DNA of 64,000 bases from Acidobacteriota bacterium (lineage in GTDB: Bacteria > Acidobacteriota > Thermoanaerobaculia > Multivoradales > JAHZIX01): assembly GCA_039191605.1 (NCBI GenBank), contig JBCCXL010000025.1, forward strand, positions 2,074 to 66,073. The letters are read 5' to 3'. Both the position numbers and the translations under genes were made by a program. How positions within the stretch are numbered: the stretch's first letter is position 1; every line of letters starts with the position of its first letter. A model generated the notes under the pieces. It did no database searches. It had not been told where the DNA came from and worked only from the letters and a program-made list of their open reading frames with translations. Shown in pieces: positions 1-9,286 of the stretch.

Positions 1-497
1 CGGAGCATTTCCTGCAGCGCTACGCGGAGGATCTCGACAAGCGGTTAGAAACCCTCGCCCCCGCTGCCGTGATGGCGCTGCAGGCGCATTCTTGGCCGGG
101 GAACGTGCGGGAGCTGCAGCACGTAATGCAGCGGGTGGCGGTGCTCTCGCCGGGGCCGGTGATCCATCGCCGCGACCTTGGCTTCGCTCTCCCTCAGCGC
201 GGCCACGGCCACCGCTCCACGCCTGGATCTATGGCGGATTTCGCTGCTGCTTCGCCTGCCTTCCTCGAGGGCGAGAGCGCCTTGCAGATGGAGGAGGCGG
301 GAGAGGTTCAGCCGCTGCGGAGCGCCAAGGCGAAAGTGGTCGAGAGCTTCGAGCGCGCCTATTTGGAGCGCCTGTTGACTCTCTTCGGGGGCAACATCAG
401 TCAGGCGGCTCGGGCGGCCCAAAAGAATCGCCGCGCTCTCTTCGAGCTGATCCGCAAGTACGGCATCGCCGTCGATAAATACCGCACCTCAGCCTAG
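1..497 (+). CDS. sigma-54-dependent transcriptional activator (bEBP), C-terminal fragment entering from upstream of the window
   Basis: Frame open from nt 3. The translation EHFLQRYAEDL...LQAHSWPGNVRELQHVMQRVAVLS is the end of the AAA+ sigma-54 interaction module. A Fis-type HTH follows (AYLERLLTLFGGNISQAARAAQKNRRALFELIRKYGI). Stop at 495-497. Confidence 0.9.
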   Translation, partial: EHFLQRYAEDLDKRLETLAPAAVMALQAHSWPGNVRELQHVMQRVAVLSPGPVIHRRDLGFALPQRGHGHRSTPGSMADFAAASPAFLEGESALQMEEAGEVQPLRSAKAKVVESFERAYLERLLTLFGGNISQAARAAQKNRRALFELIRKYGIAVDKYRTSA

Positions 498-660
498 CCC
501 TACCTCTCGCTTGATCGGGGTCTCGCTGCTTCATTTTTGGGCCTCACTGCCCCTGATCTAGGGCCTTGCTGACTTTTCCTCGGCCTCCATTTGCCGCTGG
601 GAGCATCGCTTTGCCCTTCGCGCCTCTCGGTGAGCGGTGGTCTTCCTCTGTCGTGGTGGG

Positions 661-709
661 CTGAGCTGTGCGGGTTGAGCTGTGCGGGTTGAGCTGTGTG
701 GGTTGAAGG
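661..709. repeat. 14-nt tandem repeat, 3.5 copies
   Basis: Read directly: ctgagctgtgcggg ttgagctgtgcggg ttgagctgtgtggg ttgaagg, head to tail, in the spacer after the bEBP gene. Confidence 0.9.
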
Positions 710-1010
710 CTTGGGCTCGCGGGGAGCAGGACGCTTTCACAGTGCAGGGCCGAGGCGTTGGCTCTTCGGCTGCTGAGGTGGCAGCGCCGACGGGTGGGAT
801 GTTTTTATCCACCCGGGATAAAAGCATCCAGCCCGCGTCTGAGCTGCCCGGATGAGAGCGAAGTCCGCGGCTGCGCTGACTCGATGCCCACTGGGGCTGG
901 TAGGGAGGGGAGCTAGCCTCGTCTGCGGAGGGTGGACAAAAAGCTCCCGGTGGTGGTGAGGGAGGCAGGGATCGAGGTCGGAAACACTGGGTTTTGAGGG
1001 CAGTCGAGGG

Positions 1011-1412
1011 GTGGCATTGGAGTTGCAGAGTACTGAGGGAAACGTGAACTCACCGTCTACCGCATCGGAGGACGAGGCGCCTGTGGCCACTCGACCCATG
1101 TCGACCCGAAACCGAGCCGCTGCTGAAGAATCGCAGCCCCACCGCGAACCCTCGGAGGTTGCCCGCGACATTCTGAGCTACCTGGCGGAGAACCCGCAGG
1201 CTCAGGACACTCTCGAGGGCATCGTCGAGTGGTGGTTGCTGGACCGACAACTCCGTAAGGCGCGGCGGTCGGTGCGGCAGGCCCTCGCGGAATTGGTCAG
1301 CGAACGAGTCGTGCTGGAGCTTCCTGGACCGGCGGACCGCAGCCGCTACCGACTCAATCCGGAGCGATTGGAGGATATTCGTCGCTGGCTGGGAGATCCC
1401 AATGAGCTCTAG
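1011..1412 (+). CDS. hypothetical small protein, possibly winged-helix-like
   Basis: 133-aa ORF. The C-terminal part (ARDILSYLAENPQAQDTLEGIVEWWLL...LAELVSERVVLEL...RYRLN) looks protein-like but no family was recognised. The start is uncertain: GTG 1011 overlaps the putative sigma-54 promoter, and in-frame GTG 1044 and ATG 1098 are alternatives. Confidence 0.45.
   Translation: MALELQSTEGNVNSPSTASEDEAPVATRPMSTRNRAAAEESQPHREPSEVARDILSYLAENPQAQDTLEGIVEWWLLDRQLRKARRSVRQALAELVSERVVLELPGPADRSRYRLNPERLEDIRRWLGDPNEL
1012..1027 (+). promoter_or_regulatory. candidate sigma-54 (-24/-12) promoter
   Basis: TGGCATtggagTTGCA matches TGGCAC-N5-TTGCW with exact GG-to-GC spacing. It lies ~0.5 kb downstream of a bEBP gene. 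Sequence match only. Confidence 0.45.
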
Positions 1413-1580
1413 TGCCGTCAGCGCTTCGGTCAGCTGCCGTGACGCCGAGGCACGGTGGGTCCGGCGGATCACCGAGAGGCTTCACCGTGGACCCTTAGCG
1501 CGCCCTGAGATGAGACTCCCGGAACGTGGGGCCGCCCACCCGTCGAGCCAGAGCCCCCATCGTGAGGTCAAGAAATCATC

Positions 1581-3458
1581 ATGACTGCCCCTGACCAAGA
1601 TTATTCAGACCAAGATTCTTTAGTCCATCGACTCCTCGATGGCGCGATTCGCCGGCTCCTGGTCGGCCCCAACGTCTTGCAACGGGTCGCCCGCGCTTTA
1701 CCGCGGGTCGATATTGGAGCGGCTTTCCGTGCGGGGGACGGTATCTCCTCCCTCCCCCGCGCGGGGGCCGAGTTTTTCTCCTCCGGCCGCCGCCGCTGGA
1801 TTCCCGTTGTCGCCCGGGCTTGTGGGCTCTGCCTGCTGCTTCCCGGCCTCGTTCTCGCTCCGTCCTCCGCTACCGCAGAGCCAGCCAATGAGGCAGAGGC
1901 GGAGGCCGCTGTGCCCCTCAGCCCTCCCCTGGAGGATTCCGAGTGGCGGGACGAGGTGCTTTACTTCGCCATCGTCGATCGCTTCGCCGACGGCGACGAG
2001 TCGAACAATCGGCGCGTCAACCGAAACGCCCAGGGGGCTTTTCACGGGGGCGACCTGGCGGGGCTGACGCAGCAGATCGCCGAGATCGCCGAGCTCGGGG
2101 CGACCGCCCTGTGGATCACCCCGGTAGTCAAGAACATCGACGGCTTCGTCACCGGGGCGGGCTTTCCGGATTGGGGCTACCACGGCTATTGGGCCGACGA
2201 TTTCTACGCTCTAGATCCTCGCTTCGGCAGCGAAGATGATCTCCGCCGCCTGGTGGCGGCGGCTCACGAGCGCGGCATCAAGGTGCTGCTAGACGTCGTC
2301 TACAACCATGGTGGTTACGACTCTCGCTACGCCCAGGAGCGCCGCTATCGGCCCTGGACTCGGGTAGAGAGCCGGGGAGAGTGCGGCAGCGACGATCTCA
2401 CCGGCTGCCTCGCCGGCCTGCCGGACTTTCGCACCGATCTGCCGGACGTGCGGGACTACCTGCTGGAGGCCCACCTGGGCCTCGCCGAGCGCACCGGCCT
2501 GGACGGCTTCCGGCTCGATACCGTCAAGCACGTGGAGCACGATTTCTGGCAGGTCCATCGCCAGGCGACCCGGGAGCGGCTGGGAGAGAACTTCTTTCTC
2601 CTCGGGGAGGTTTGGGGCGGTAACGCCAAAGCGCTGGACCCCTGGTTCTCCGGGGACGAGATGGACGCCGGTTTCGACTTCGGCTTCGTCGGATCGTCCA
2701 TCGCCTTCGTCCAGGGCCGCGGGCGGGCGGTGGCCTTCAACCGCTACCTGGAGAAGCGCCACGAGGTTCGGGAGGGCTATCACCTCTCCCACTACCTCTC
2801 CTCCCACGATGTGCCCGGTGCCCTCTACCAGCTCGAGGGCGACCTTCAGCGCTTCCGTCTGCTGGTGGCTCTGCAGCTCACCACCTACGGCATTCCCAAC
2901 ATCTACTACGGGGAAGAGGTCGGCCGCTTCGGCGGGGACTGGCCGGATAACCGCAGCGACATGCCCTGGGGAGATCGGGAGATCGAGCCGGGGGCCGGGG
3001 ACGAGCGCAACGAGGAGCTGAGGGATTACTACATCCAGCTCATCGCGGCTCGGGCCGAGCACCCGGCCCTGTGGCGCGGGGCTCATCGAGGCGTGCTCAC
3101 CGACGATAAGAATCTGCTGGTCTTCGCCCGCGAGGACGGCGAGAGCGGTGAAGTGGTCTACGTTGCGGTCAACCGCGGCGAGGAGGCGGTGAGCGCCTCG
3201 GTGCCAGTGCCCGAGATCTGGCTCGAGGCGGGGGCGGTTACCGAGCTGCTGGGGGGCAGTGAGCATGCCCTGGCGGCGCCGGTGGAGGCGGAAGCCACGG
3301 CGAATCTCAGCTTGACGGTACCGGCCCTCTCCGCCCGAATTTACGCTGTTCCCGCCGGTTCACCGACCGCAGTATCGACTGAGTTATCCAACGAGTTACC
3401 CACTGATTCATCTGCTGGGGCGCCGACTGCCGGCTCCTCCAACTCTGCCCAGGAGTGA
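1581..3458 (+). CDS. GH13 alpha-amylase family glycoside hydrolase, probably exported
   Basis: GH13 conserved regions are visible: [19 protein letters not shown] (nucleophile Asp), LLGEVWGG (acid/base Glu), YLSSHDV. The N-terminus has an RRRW plus hydrophobic stretch (Tat/Sec-like). The exact start is uncertain. Confidence 0.9.
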   Translation: MTAPDQDYSDQDSLVHRLLDGAIRRLLVGPNVLQRVARALPRVDIGAAFRAGDGISSLPRAGAEFFSSGRRRWIPVVARACGLCLLLPGLVLAPSSATAEPANEAEAEAAVPLSPPLEDSEWRDEVLYFAIVDRFADGDESNNRRVNRNAQGAFHGGDLAGLTQQIAEIAELGATALWITPVVKNIDGFVTGAGFPDWGYHGYWADDFYALDPRFGSEDDLRRLVAAAHERGIKVLLDVVYNHGGYDSRYAQERRYRPWTRVESRGECGSDDLTGCLAGLPDFRTDLPDVRDYLLEAHLGLAERTGLDGFRLDTVKHVEHDFWQVHRQATRERLGENFFLLGEVWGGNAKALDPWFSGDEMDAGFDFGFVGSSIAFVQGRGRAVAFNRYLEKRHEVREGYHLSHYLSSHDVPGALYQLEGDLQRFRLLVALQLTTYGIPNIYYGEEVGRFGGDWPDNRSDMPWGDREIEPGAGDERNEELRDYYIQLIAARAEHPALWRGAHRGVLTDDKNLLVFAREDGESGEVVYVAVNRGEEAVSASVPVPEIWLEAGAVTELLGGSEHALAAPVEAEATANLSLTVPALSARIYAVPAGSPTAVSTELSNELPTDSSAGAPTAGSSNSAQE

Positions 3459-3465
3459 CGACGTC

Positions 3466-4563
3466 ATGGCCAACGTGACCCTCCAAAACGTCCAGAAGAG
3501 CTACGGTGAAGTCTCCGTCATCGACGATCTCAACCTCGAGATCCAGGATGGAGAGTTCATGGTCTTGGTGGGCCCCTCCGGCTGCGGAAAGTCCACCGCG
3601 CTGCGGATGATCGCCGGCCTGGAGGAGATCACCGGCGGGGAGGTCAAGATCGACGGTGGAGTGGTCAACGACCTGCCGCCGAAGGATCGAGACATCGCCA
3701 TGGTGTTCCAGAGCTATGCCCTCTATCCGCACATGACAGTGCGGCAGAACCTGGAGTTCGGCCTCAAGATCCGCAAGATGAAGCGGGAAGAGATCGACCG
3801 CCTGGTGCAGGAGGCGGCGGAGATTTTGGACATCGACCAGCTGCTGGATCGGCGCCCGAAGCAGCTTTCCGGCGGCCAGCGGCAGCGGGTGGCGGTGGGC
3901 CGGGCCATCGTCCGCAAGCCGAAGGTCTTCCTCTTCGACGAGCCGCTGTCCAACCTCGACGCCAAGCTGCGAGTGCAGATGCGGGCGGAGCTATCGAAGC
4001 TCCACTCGCGGCTGCAGACCACCACCGTCTACGTCACCCACGATCAGGTGGAGGCGATGACCATGGGCAACCGAATCGCGGTGCTCAAGGACGGTGACCT
4101 GATGCAGGTAGGCACCCCGCTGGAGCTCTTCCAGCAGCCGCAGAATCTCTTCGTAGCGAATTTCATCGGCACCCCGCCGATGAATTTCCTCGACGCCGTG
4201 GTGGCGGAAGGGGGCCGGGTGCTGCGCGCCGAGGGCGCCGATCTGCCGGTGCCCGAGAGCTGGAGCCGGGCGGTGGCGGGGCGCGACGGAGACGCCATTG
4301 CGGTGGGGGTGCGGCCAACGGACTTCTACGGTCCCGGCGAGACGGCGGACGGCGATACCGCCGCCCTCGATCTCCAGGTGGAGGTGGTGGAGCCCCTGGG
4401 GCACGAGGTGATGGTGCACGGCACCGCCGGTCCCGCCCGCCTGGTGGTGAACCTCGGCCCCCACAGCATCCCGCGCCTCGGAGAGACCCTGGAGGTGCGA
4501 GTGAAGCTCAGCGATCTCCACCTCTTCGATCCCGAAACCGAACAGCGCCTGTCGTCGGATTGA
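3466..4563 (+). CDS. sugar ABC transporter ATP-binding protein (MalK/MsiK/UgpC type)
   Basis: Walker [10 protein letters not shown], signature [10 protein letters not shown], Walker [10 protein letters not shown], and a C-terminal TOBE-like regulatory domain. Starts 8 nt after the amylase stop. Confidence 0.95.
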   Translation: MANVTLQNVQKSYGEVSVIDDLNLEIQDGEFMVLVGPSGCGKSTALRMIAGLEEITGGEVKIDGGVVNDLPPKDRDIAMVFQSYALYPHMTVRQNLEFGLKIRKMKREEIDRLVQEAAEILDIDQLLDRRPKQLSGGQRQRVAVGRAIVRKPKVFLFDEPLSNLDAKLRVQMRAELSKLHSRLQTTTVYVTHDQVEAMTMGNRIAVLKDGDLMQVGTPLELFQQPQNLFVANFIGTPPMNFLDAVVAEGGRVLRAEGADLPVPESWSRAVAGRDGDAIAVGVRPTDFYGPGETADGDTAALDLQVEVVEPLGHEVMVHGTAGPARLVVNLGPHSIPRLGETLEVRVKLSDLHLFDPETEQRLSSD

Positions 4564-4688
4564 GGGCCGAAAGGGCCGAGACCCAAGCCCGCTCTGGCCC
4601 TAAACTCTCTGAATAGACTTCTGCACTCTTGCCGAAATTTCCCGAATTCTCCCTCTTTCCCCTGGTTGAGACCCCGAAAGGAGCCGTC

Positions 4689-5903
4689 ATGAAATCTCTC
4701 TCCTCCCTGATCCTGGCCGTCGCGGCGATGGCTCTGGTGCTGCCGCTGGAGGCCTTCGCCCAGACCGAGCTGGTGGTGTGGCACGCCTACCGCGCCGGCG
4801 AGAAGGCCGCCTTCGAGAAGGTCATCGAGACCTTCAACTCGAGCCAGAAAGAGATCCAGGTCAAGACCCTGGCGGTGCCCTACGACGCCTACGCCGACAA
4901 GATCAGCGCCGCGGTGCCCAGGGGTAAGGGGCCGGATGTCTTCATCTACGCCCAGGACCGCATGGGCGGCTGGGTCGAGGCGGGCAACACCATCGAGCCC
5001 ATCGACTTCTATCTCGAGGACGAGACGCTGGATCGCTTCATCCCGTCGACGGTGGACGCCATGACGTATCAGGGCACCATCTACGGCCTGCCGCTGAACT
5101 ACAAAGTGGTGACCATGTTCTACAACAAGAAGCTGGTCACCACGCCGCCGACGACCTCCAAGGAGCTGGTGGAGCTGGCGAAGAAGCACACCGACGCCAG
5201 CACCGGTCGCTACGGCCTGGCCTATTGGTACCCGGACTTCTACTACCACGCCAGCCTGATGAACGCCTTCGGCGGCGGCGTCTTCGACGACAACCGCAAG
5301 CCGGTGATCAACCAGGCCGCCAATGTGAAAAGCGTGGAGGCCCTGCTCGGCTGGCTGGAGAAGGACAAGATCCTGCCCGGCGAGCCCACCACCGCCCTGA
5401 TCACCGCGCTGTTCAACGGTGGCAAGGCCGCCATCGTCTTCAACGGCCCTTGGTTCCTGGGGGAGATCAAGGACGACGTGGACTACGGCCTGGCGCCGCT
5501 GCCGACCATCGAGGCCGCCGGGGGCCAGCCGATGCGCCCGTGGATGACCGTCGAGGGGGTGTACATCGCCGCGCCGTCGGAGCACAAGGACGAGGCCTTC
5601 ACCCTGGTGGAGTACCTCACCGATGCCGCCGCCGGCAAGGTGCTGGCCCTGGAGGGTGGTCAGACCCCCGCCAACGAGAGCGTCTACGAAGATTCCGCGG
5701 TGGCGAAGAACGAGACCCTGGCGGCCTTCCGCGAGCAGGTGGAGGTCGCGGTGCCGATGCCCAATCTTCCGGAGATGACCATGGTGTGGTCGCCGGTGAC
5801 CACCGCCATGAACACCATCGTCAAGGGCGCGGCGTCGCCGAAGGCTTCCCTCGATGCCGCCCAGAAGGACGCCGAGGAGCGCATCGACAATCTCTTGAAC
5901 TAA
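4689..5903 (+). CDS. maltose/maltodextrin-type ABC substrate-binding protein (MalE-like)
   Basis: Signal peptide MKSLSSLILAVAAMALVLPLEAFA. Family-1 SBP pattern (ELVVWHAY..., PDVFIYAQDRMGGWVEAG, LPLNYKVVTMFYNKK). AAAGGAG Shine-Dalgarno 7 nt before ATG 4689; the longer ORF from 4629 is unlikely. Confidence 0.85.
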   Translation: MKSLSSLILAVAAMALVLPLEAFAQTELVVWHAYRAGEKAAFEKVIETFNSSQKEIQVKTLAVPYDAYADKISAAVPRGKGPDVFIYAQDRMGGWVEAGNTIEPIDFYLEDETLDRFIPSTVDAMTYQGTIYGLPLNYKVVTMFYNKKLVTTPPTTSKELVELAKKHTDASTGRYGLAYWYPDFYYHASLMNAFGGGVFDDNRKPVINQAANVKSVEALLGWLEKDKILPGEPTTALITALFNGGKAAIVFNGPWFLGEIKDDVDYGLAPLPTIEAAGGQPMRPWMTVEGVYIAAPSEHKDEAFTLVEYLTDAAAGKVLALEGGQTPANESVYEDSAVAKNETLAAFREQVEVAVPMPNLPEMTMVWSPVTTAMNTIVKGAASPKASLDAAQKDAEERIDNLLN

Positions 5904-6152
5904 CGCCTCTTGAACTAGAAGCGAAGCGTCCTCAACAGGCAGCCACCCCTGGCTAGGTCCGTGAAGTAGGCCCCTTCACCTGTCCGAGCCAGAGCCCGCC
6001 GAGCGCCCCCTGGGCGCGTCGGATAGGGGAGGGGTGCGTCTACAGGATGCCTCGGCGCCTCATTTCTGAAGTGCCCTTGGCTGTCGCCAGCATCGCCAAC
6101 CCCAATCTCGAACCTCACCCAACCTTCCTCACCATCCAATGGAGTACCGGCC

Positions 6153-8276
6153 GTGACACAACGCATCCTCTGGCCCGTCGTGGGCTTGTTCGTCGCCCTC
6201 GCCTTCGGCGTAGGGGTGGGCCAATGGCTGCTCCAGGGCACCTACGAGCGCCAGCAGCGCTCGGCGGCGGAGCGCGCCGAGGTGGTGAGCACCATGGCGC
6301 TGTCGGAGCTGGTGTCGGCGACCCTCGAGGGCGGGGAGGAAGAAGGGGTCCAGGAGGTGGTGGAAGCCTGGCAGCAGCGCCACGACACCTTCCAGGTGGT
6401 GCGGGTGATTCAGGGTCGCCGGCTGGTGGCCTCCACCGCGGCGCAGGACCAGGGGGACCAAGCGGCACCGAGGCGCCTGGCGAGGGATGAGAAAGAGTAT
6501 TTCGATACCGCCCAGCGATTGCGCCAGGCGGTGGACAGCAATCGCCAGGGGAGCACCGCGGCGAAGGACGAGGTGGAGGTCTTGTCCCTCGAAGCCGCCG
6601 GTCTCTCGGTGGCGGTGCCGGTGGAGCTCGGAGGCGAGATCGAGGGTGCGGTGCTGGTGGAGACGGAAGCCGCCGCGGAGCTAGCCTCCGCGCCCTCCGG
6701 CACCGCCTGGCTCACCCTGGTCGCGCCGGTCTTGATTCTGGCGCTGTTGGGAGCCTTCACCCCTTTATCGCGCCGCGTCCTGGTGGCGGCGGCGGCGGTG
6801 CTGGCGGTGATCGCTCTCGGCTTCTTCGCCCAGCGCTCCGGCAGCTTGGTGACCTCGGCCCTCACCTCCGCCGGAGAGACGGTGGCGGAGCGCATGCAGC
6901 AGGATGCCGCCACCCTGCAGGAGCTGGTGGCGGCCCAGGTCGGTGCTACTACATCAGAGGCGGTTCTATCGGACGCGGCGGAATCCGAGGCGGTGGAATC
7001 CGAGGATGGCAGCTCCGAAGGACAGCCAGAGGATTCTAGCGAGGGCTCCACGCCGGAGGCGGCTGAGGGGACTACCGAGACCGAACAGCCGGCGGATGCT
7101 GAGGAGCCTGTAGAGACCGAACAGAGCTACGCCCTGGCGGCGGTGGATCCCTCCGCCTGGGATGTCGACCCTCAGCGGGCCGGCCGAGGCTGGATCGACG
7201 CCGCTGGCGCAGTGGTGCCCTCGGCGGTGTCGGAAGCCTCCCTCGGGGTGAGCTCCAGCCTGCGGCAGCGGCTGACGGCGGTGGGGCTGGGGGCGCTGCT
7301 GCTGCTCGCCTTCTTCGGCCTCGGCGGCGCCCAGCGGGTGGTCAGCGATCTGGTGACCTTCCGCCAGGCCTACAGCTATGTCGGTCCGGCGATGATCGGC
7401 ATGCTGATCCTGGTGTTCTTCCCCTTCTTCTACGGCATCGCTCTGTCCTTCACCAATCAGAGCATCTACAACACCGATCAGCCCATCACCGAGATCTGGA
7501 CCGGCTTCGAGAATTACGTCGAGATCCTCAGCGACTTCGAGCTTTACCGCGAGCTGGACGGCGAGAAGGTTCTCAACTTCGAGAACTTCTACTGGACCCT
7601 GTTCATCACCGTGCTGTGGACGGTGACCAACGTCACCATCGGCGTTTCGGTGGGTCTCGCCTTAGCCCTGATGCTGAATACCAAGGGGCTGGCTTTCAAA
7701 CCGATCTATCGGGTGATTTTGATCCTGCCGTGGGCGGTGCCCAACTACATCACCGCGCTGGTGTGGAAAGGCATGTTCCACAAGCAATTTGGGGTGATCA
7801 ACCAGGTCTTCCAGATCTTCGGGCTGGAACCGGTGGGGTGGTTCGACGGGGTCGCGACCTCTTTCTTGACGGTGTTGGCCACCAATAGCTGGCTGTCCTT
7901 CCCCTTCATGATGGTGATTTCCCTCGGCGCACTGCAGTCGATCCCGGCGGATCTCTACGAGGCGGCGCGGGTGGATGGCGCGACCCGGTGGCGGCAGTTC
8001 CGCTCCATCACCCTGCCGATGCTGAAACCGGCCCTGATTCCGGCGGTGATCCTGTCGGTGATCTGGACCTTCAACATGTTCAACATCATCTACCTGGTCT
8101 CCGGCGGTGAGCCCTCCGGCAGCACCGAGATCCTGATCACCGCGGCCTACAAGATTGCCTTCGAGCAATATCGCTACGGCTATGCCGCGGCCTACTCCAC
8201 GGTGATCTTCGGCATCTTGTTGGCCTATGGCTGGTGGCAGATCCGGGTGACCAAGGCGACGGAGGCGGTGCAATGA
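6153..8276 (+). CDS. MalF-like ABC sugar permease with ~400-aa N-terminal extension
   Basis: The C-terminal ~300 aa is a typical binding-protein-dependent permease with the EAA loop EAARVDGATRWRQFRSITLPMLKP. The N-terminal 400 aa holds TM segments, a ~170-aa extracytoplasmic-looking domain and an acidic Ser/Glu-rich linker. Confidence 0.85.
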   Translation: MTQRILWPVVGLFVALAFGVGVGQWLLQGTYERQQRSAAERAEVVSTMALSELVSATLEGGEEEGVQEVVEAWQQRHDTFQVVRVIQGRRLVASTAAQDQGDQAAPRRLARDEKEYFDTAQRLRQAVDSNRQGSTAAKDEVEVLSLEAAGLSVAVPVELGGEIEGAVLVETEAAAELASAPSGTAWLTLVAPVLILALLGAFTPLSRRVLVAAAAVLAVIALGFFAQRSGSLVTSALTSAGETVAERMQQDAATLQELVAAQVGATTSEAVLSDAAESEAVESEDGSSEGQPEDSSEGSTPEAAEGTTETEQPADAEEPVETEQSYALAAVDPSAWDVDPQRAGRGWIDAAGAVVPSAVSEASLGVSSSLRQRLTAVGLGALLLLAFFGLGGAQRVVSDLVTFRQAYSYVGPAMIGMLILVFFPFFYGIALSFTNQSIYNTDQPITEIWTGFENYVEILSDFELYRELDGEKVLNFENFYWTLFITVLWTVTNVTIGVSVGLALALMLNTKGLAFKPIYRVILILPWAVPNYITALVWKGMFHKQFGVINQVFQIFGLEPVGWFDGVATSFLTVLATNSWLSFPFMMVISLGALQSIPADLYEAARVDGATRWRQFRSITLPMLKPALIPAVILSVIWTFNMFNIIYLVSGGEPSGSTEILITAAYKIAFEQYRYGYAAAYSTVIFGILLAYGWWQIRVTKATEAVQ

Positions 8277-9157
8277 GCCGGTCCCAGCGCAACGAAGGCG
8301 GATCCCACGTCTTCCTTCACGTCTTCCTCATCGTCTTCTCCCTGCTCACCGCGTACCCGATCCTCTGGGTCTTCGCCATCGCCTTCAGCGGCGAGCAGAA
8401 CCTGGCCATCGTCGACGTGCCCCAGGACGCCACGGTGATGGATCGGCTGCGGGCGATCTTTCCGTGGCCGGATCAGGTGAGCGTCTCCAACTTCACCTCG
8501 GTGTGGACCGAGCAGCCCTTCGGCCGCTGGCTGCTCAACAGCGCCATCATCGCCTCGGCGACCACGGTGCTGGGAGTCTTTCTCTCCTGCACCGCCGGCT
8601 ATGCCTTCTCGCGCTTCAAGTTCCCCGGCCAGCGGGCGGGTCTGATGTCTTTCCTGGTGTCGCAGATGTTCCCCGGCACCCTGACCCTGATCCCCCTCTA
8701 CATCATCCTGGTGCAATTCCTCGGTCTGGGGTCCTCGTACCTCGGCCTGATCCTGGTCTACGCGGCGACGGCGATCCCCTTCTGCGTGTGGATGCTGAAG
8801 GGCTACTTCGACACCATCCCGCTGGAGCTGGAGGAGGCGGCGCTGATGGACGGCGCCTCCCGCGGCACCATCTTCTGGCGCATCATCCTGCCGCTGGCGA
8901 AGCCGGCGGTGGCGGTCACCGCGCTGTTCTCGTTCATGGCCGGCTGGAACGAGTTCATTCAGGCGGCGACCTTCATGGACGACGAGACCATGTACACCGC
9001 GCCGGTGGGCCTGCGCTTCTTCGTCGGCGGCTACGCCCAGGATTGGGGCTATTTCGCCGCCGGCGCCATCATCGTCGCCATTCCAGTAGTGATCCTGTTC
9101 CTCGCGCTGCAGCGCTTCCTCGTCTCTGGCCTGACCGCCGGAGCGGTGAAGGGCTAG
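8273..9157 (+). CDS. MalG-like ABC sugar permease
   Basis: EAA loop EAALMDGASRGTIFWRIILPLAKP and six hydrophobic segments. ATG 8273 overlaps the upstream stop (ATGA). Confidence 0.9.
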   Translation: MSRSQRNEGGSHVFLHVFLIVFSLLTAYPILWVFAIAFSGEQNLAIVDVPQDATVMDRLRAIFPWPDQVSVSNFTSVWTEQPFGRWLLNSAIIASATTVLGVFLSCTAGYAFSRFKFPGQRAGLMSFLVSQMFPGTLTLIPLYIILVQFLGLGSSYLGLILVYAATAIPFCVWMLKGYFDTIPLELEEAALMDGASRGTIFWRIILPLAKPAVAVTALFSFMAGWNEFIQAATFMDDETMYTAPVGLRFFVGGYAQDWGYFAAGAIIVAIPVVILFLALQRFLVSGLTAGAVKG

Positions 9158-9172
9158 TACGCCCAATTTCTG

Positions 9173-9199
9173 AATCCCGACTTCCTAATCCCGACTTCC
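9173..9199. repeat. two copies of AATCCCGACTTCC at 14-nt period
   Basis: Read directly: aatcccgacttcc t aatcccgacttcc, in the spacer upstream of gene 9287. Confidence 0.85.
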
Positions 9200-9286
9200 G
9201 AACCTCAACTTTCCAAGTCTGACTTCAACCATCCAACTGATCCGGGCTCCTGAACACACATGGGCTCATCGAAAGGAGGCACAACC

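Noticed and set aside
791-830. Possible attenuator-like alternative pairings GGGAT / ATCC / GGGAT / ATCC.
   Set aside because: The complementary segments are only 5 nt, or 9 bp with a bulge. There is no leader peptide or T tract. This is compatible with chance in GC-rich DNA.
4326-5585. 419-aa ORF on the minus strand, antisense to the MalE-like gene.
   Set aside because: Its composition is Arg/Gly/His/Val/Leu-rich and featureless, and it has no Shine-Dalgarno. It fully mirrors a gene with clear family motifs. It is a typical stop-poor antisense frame of high-GC DNA.
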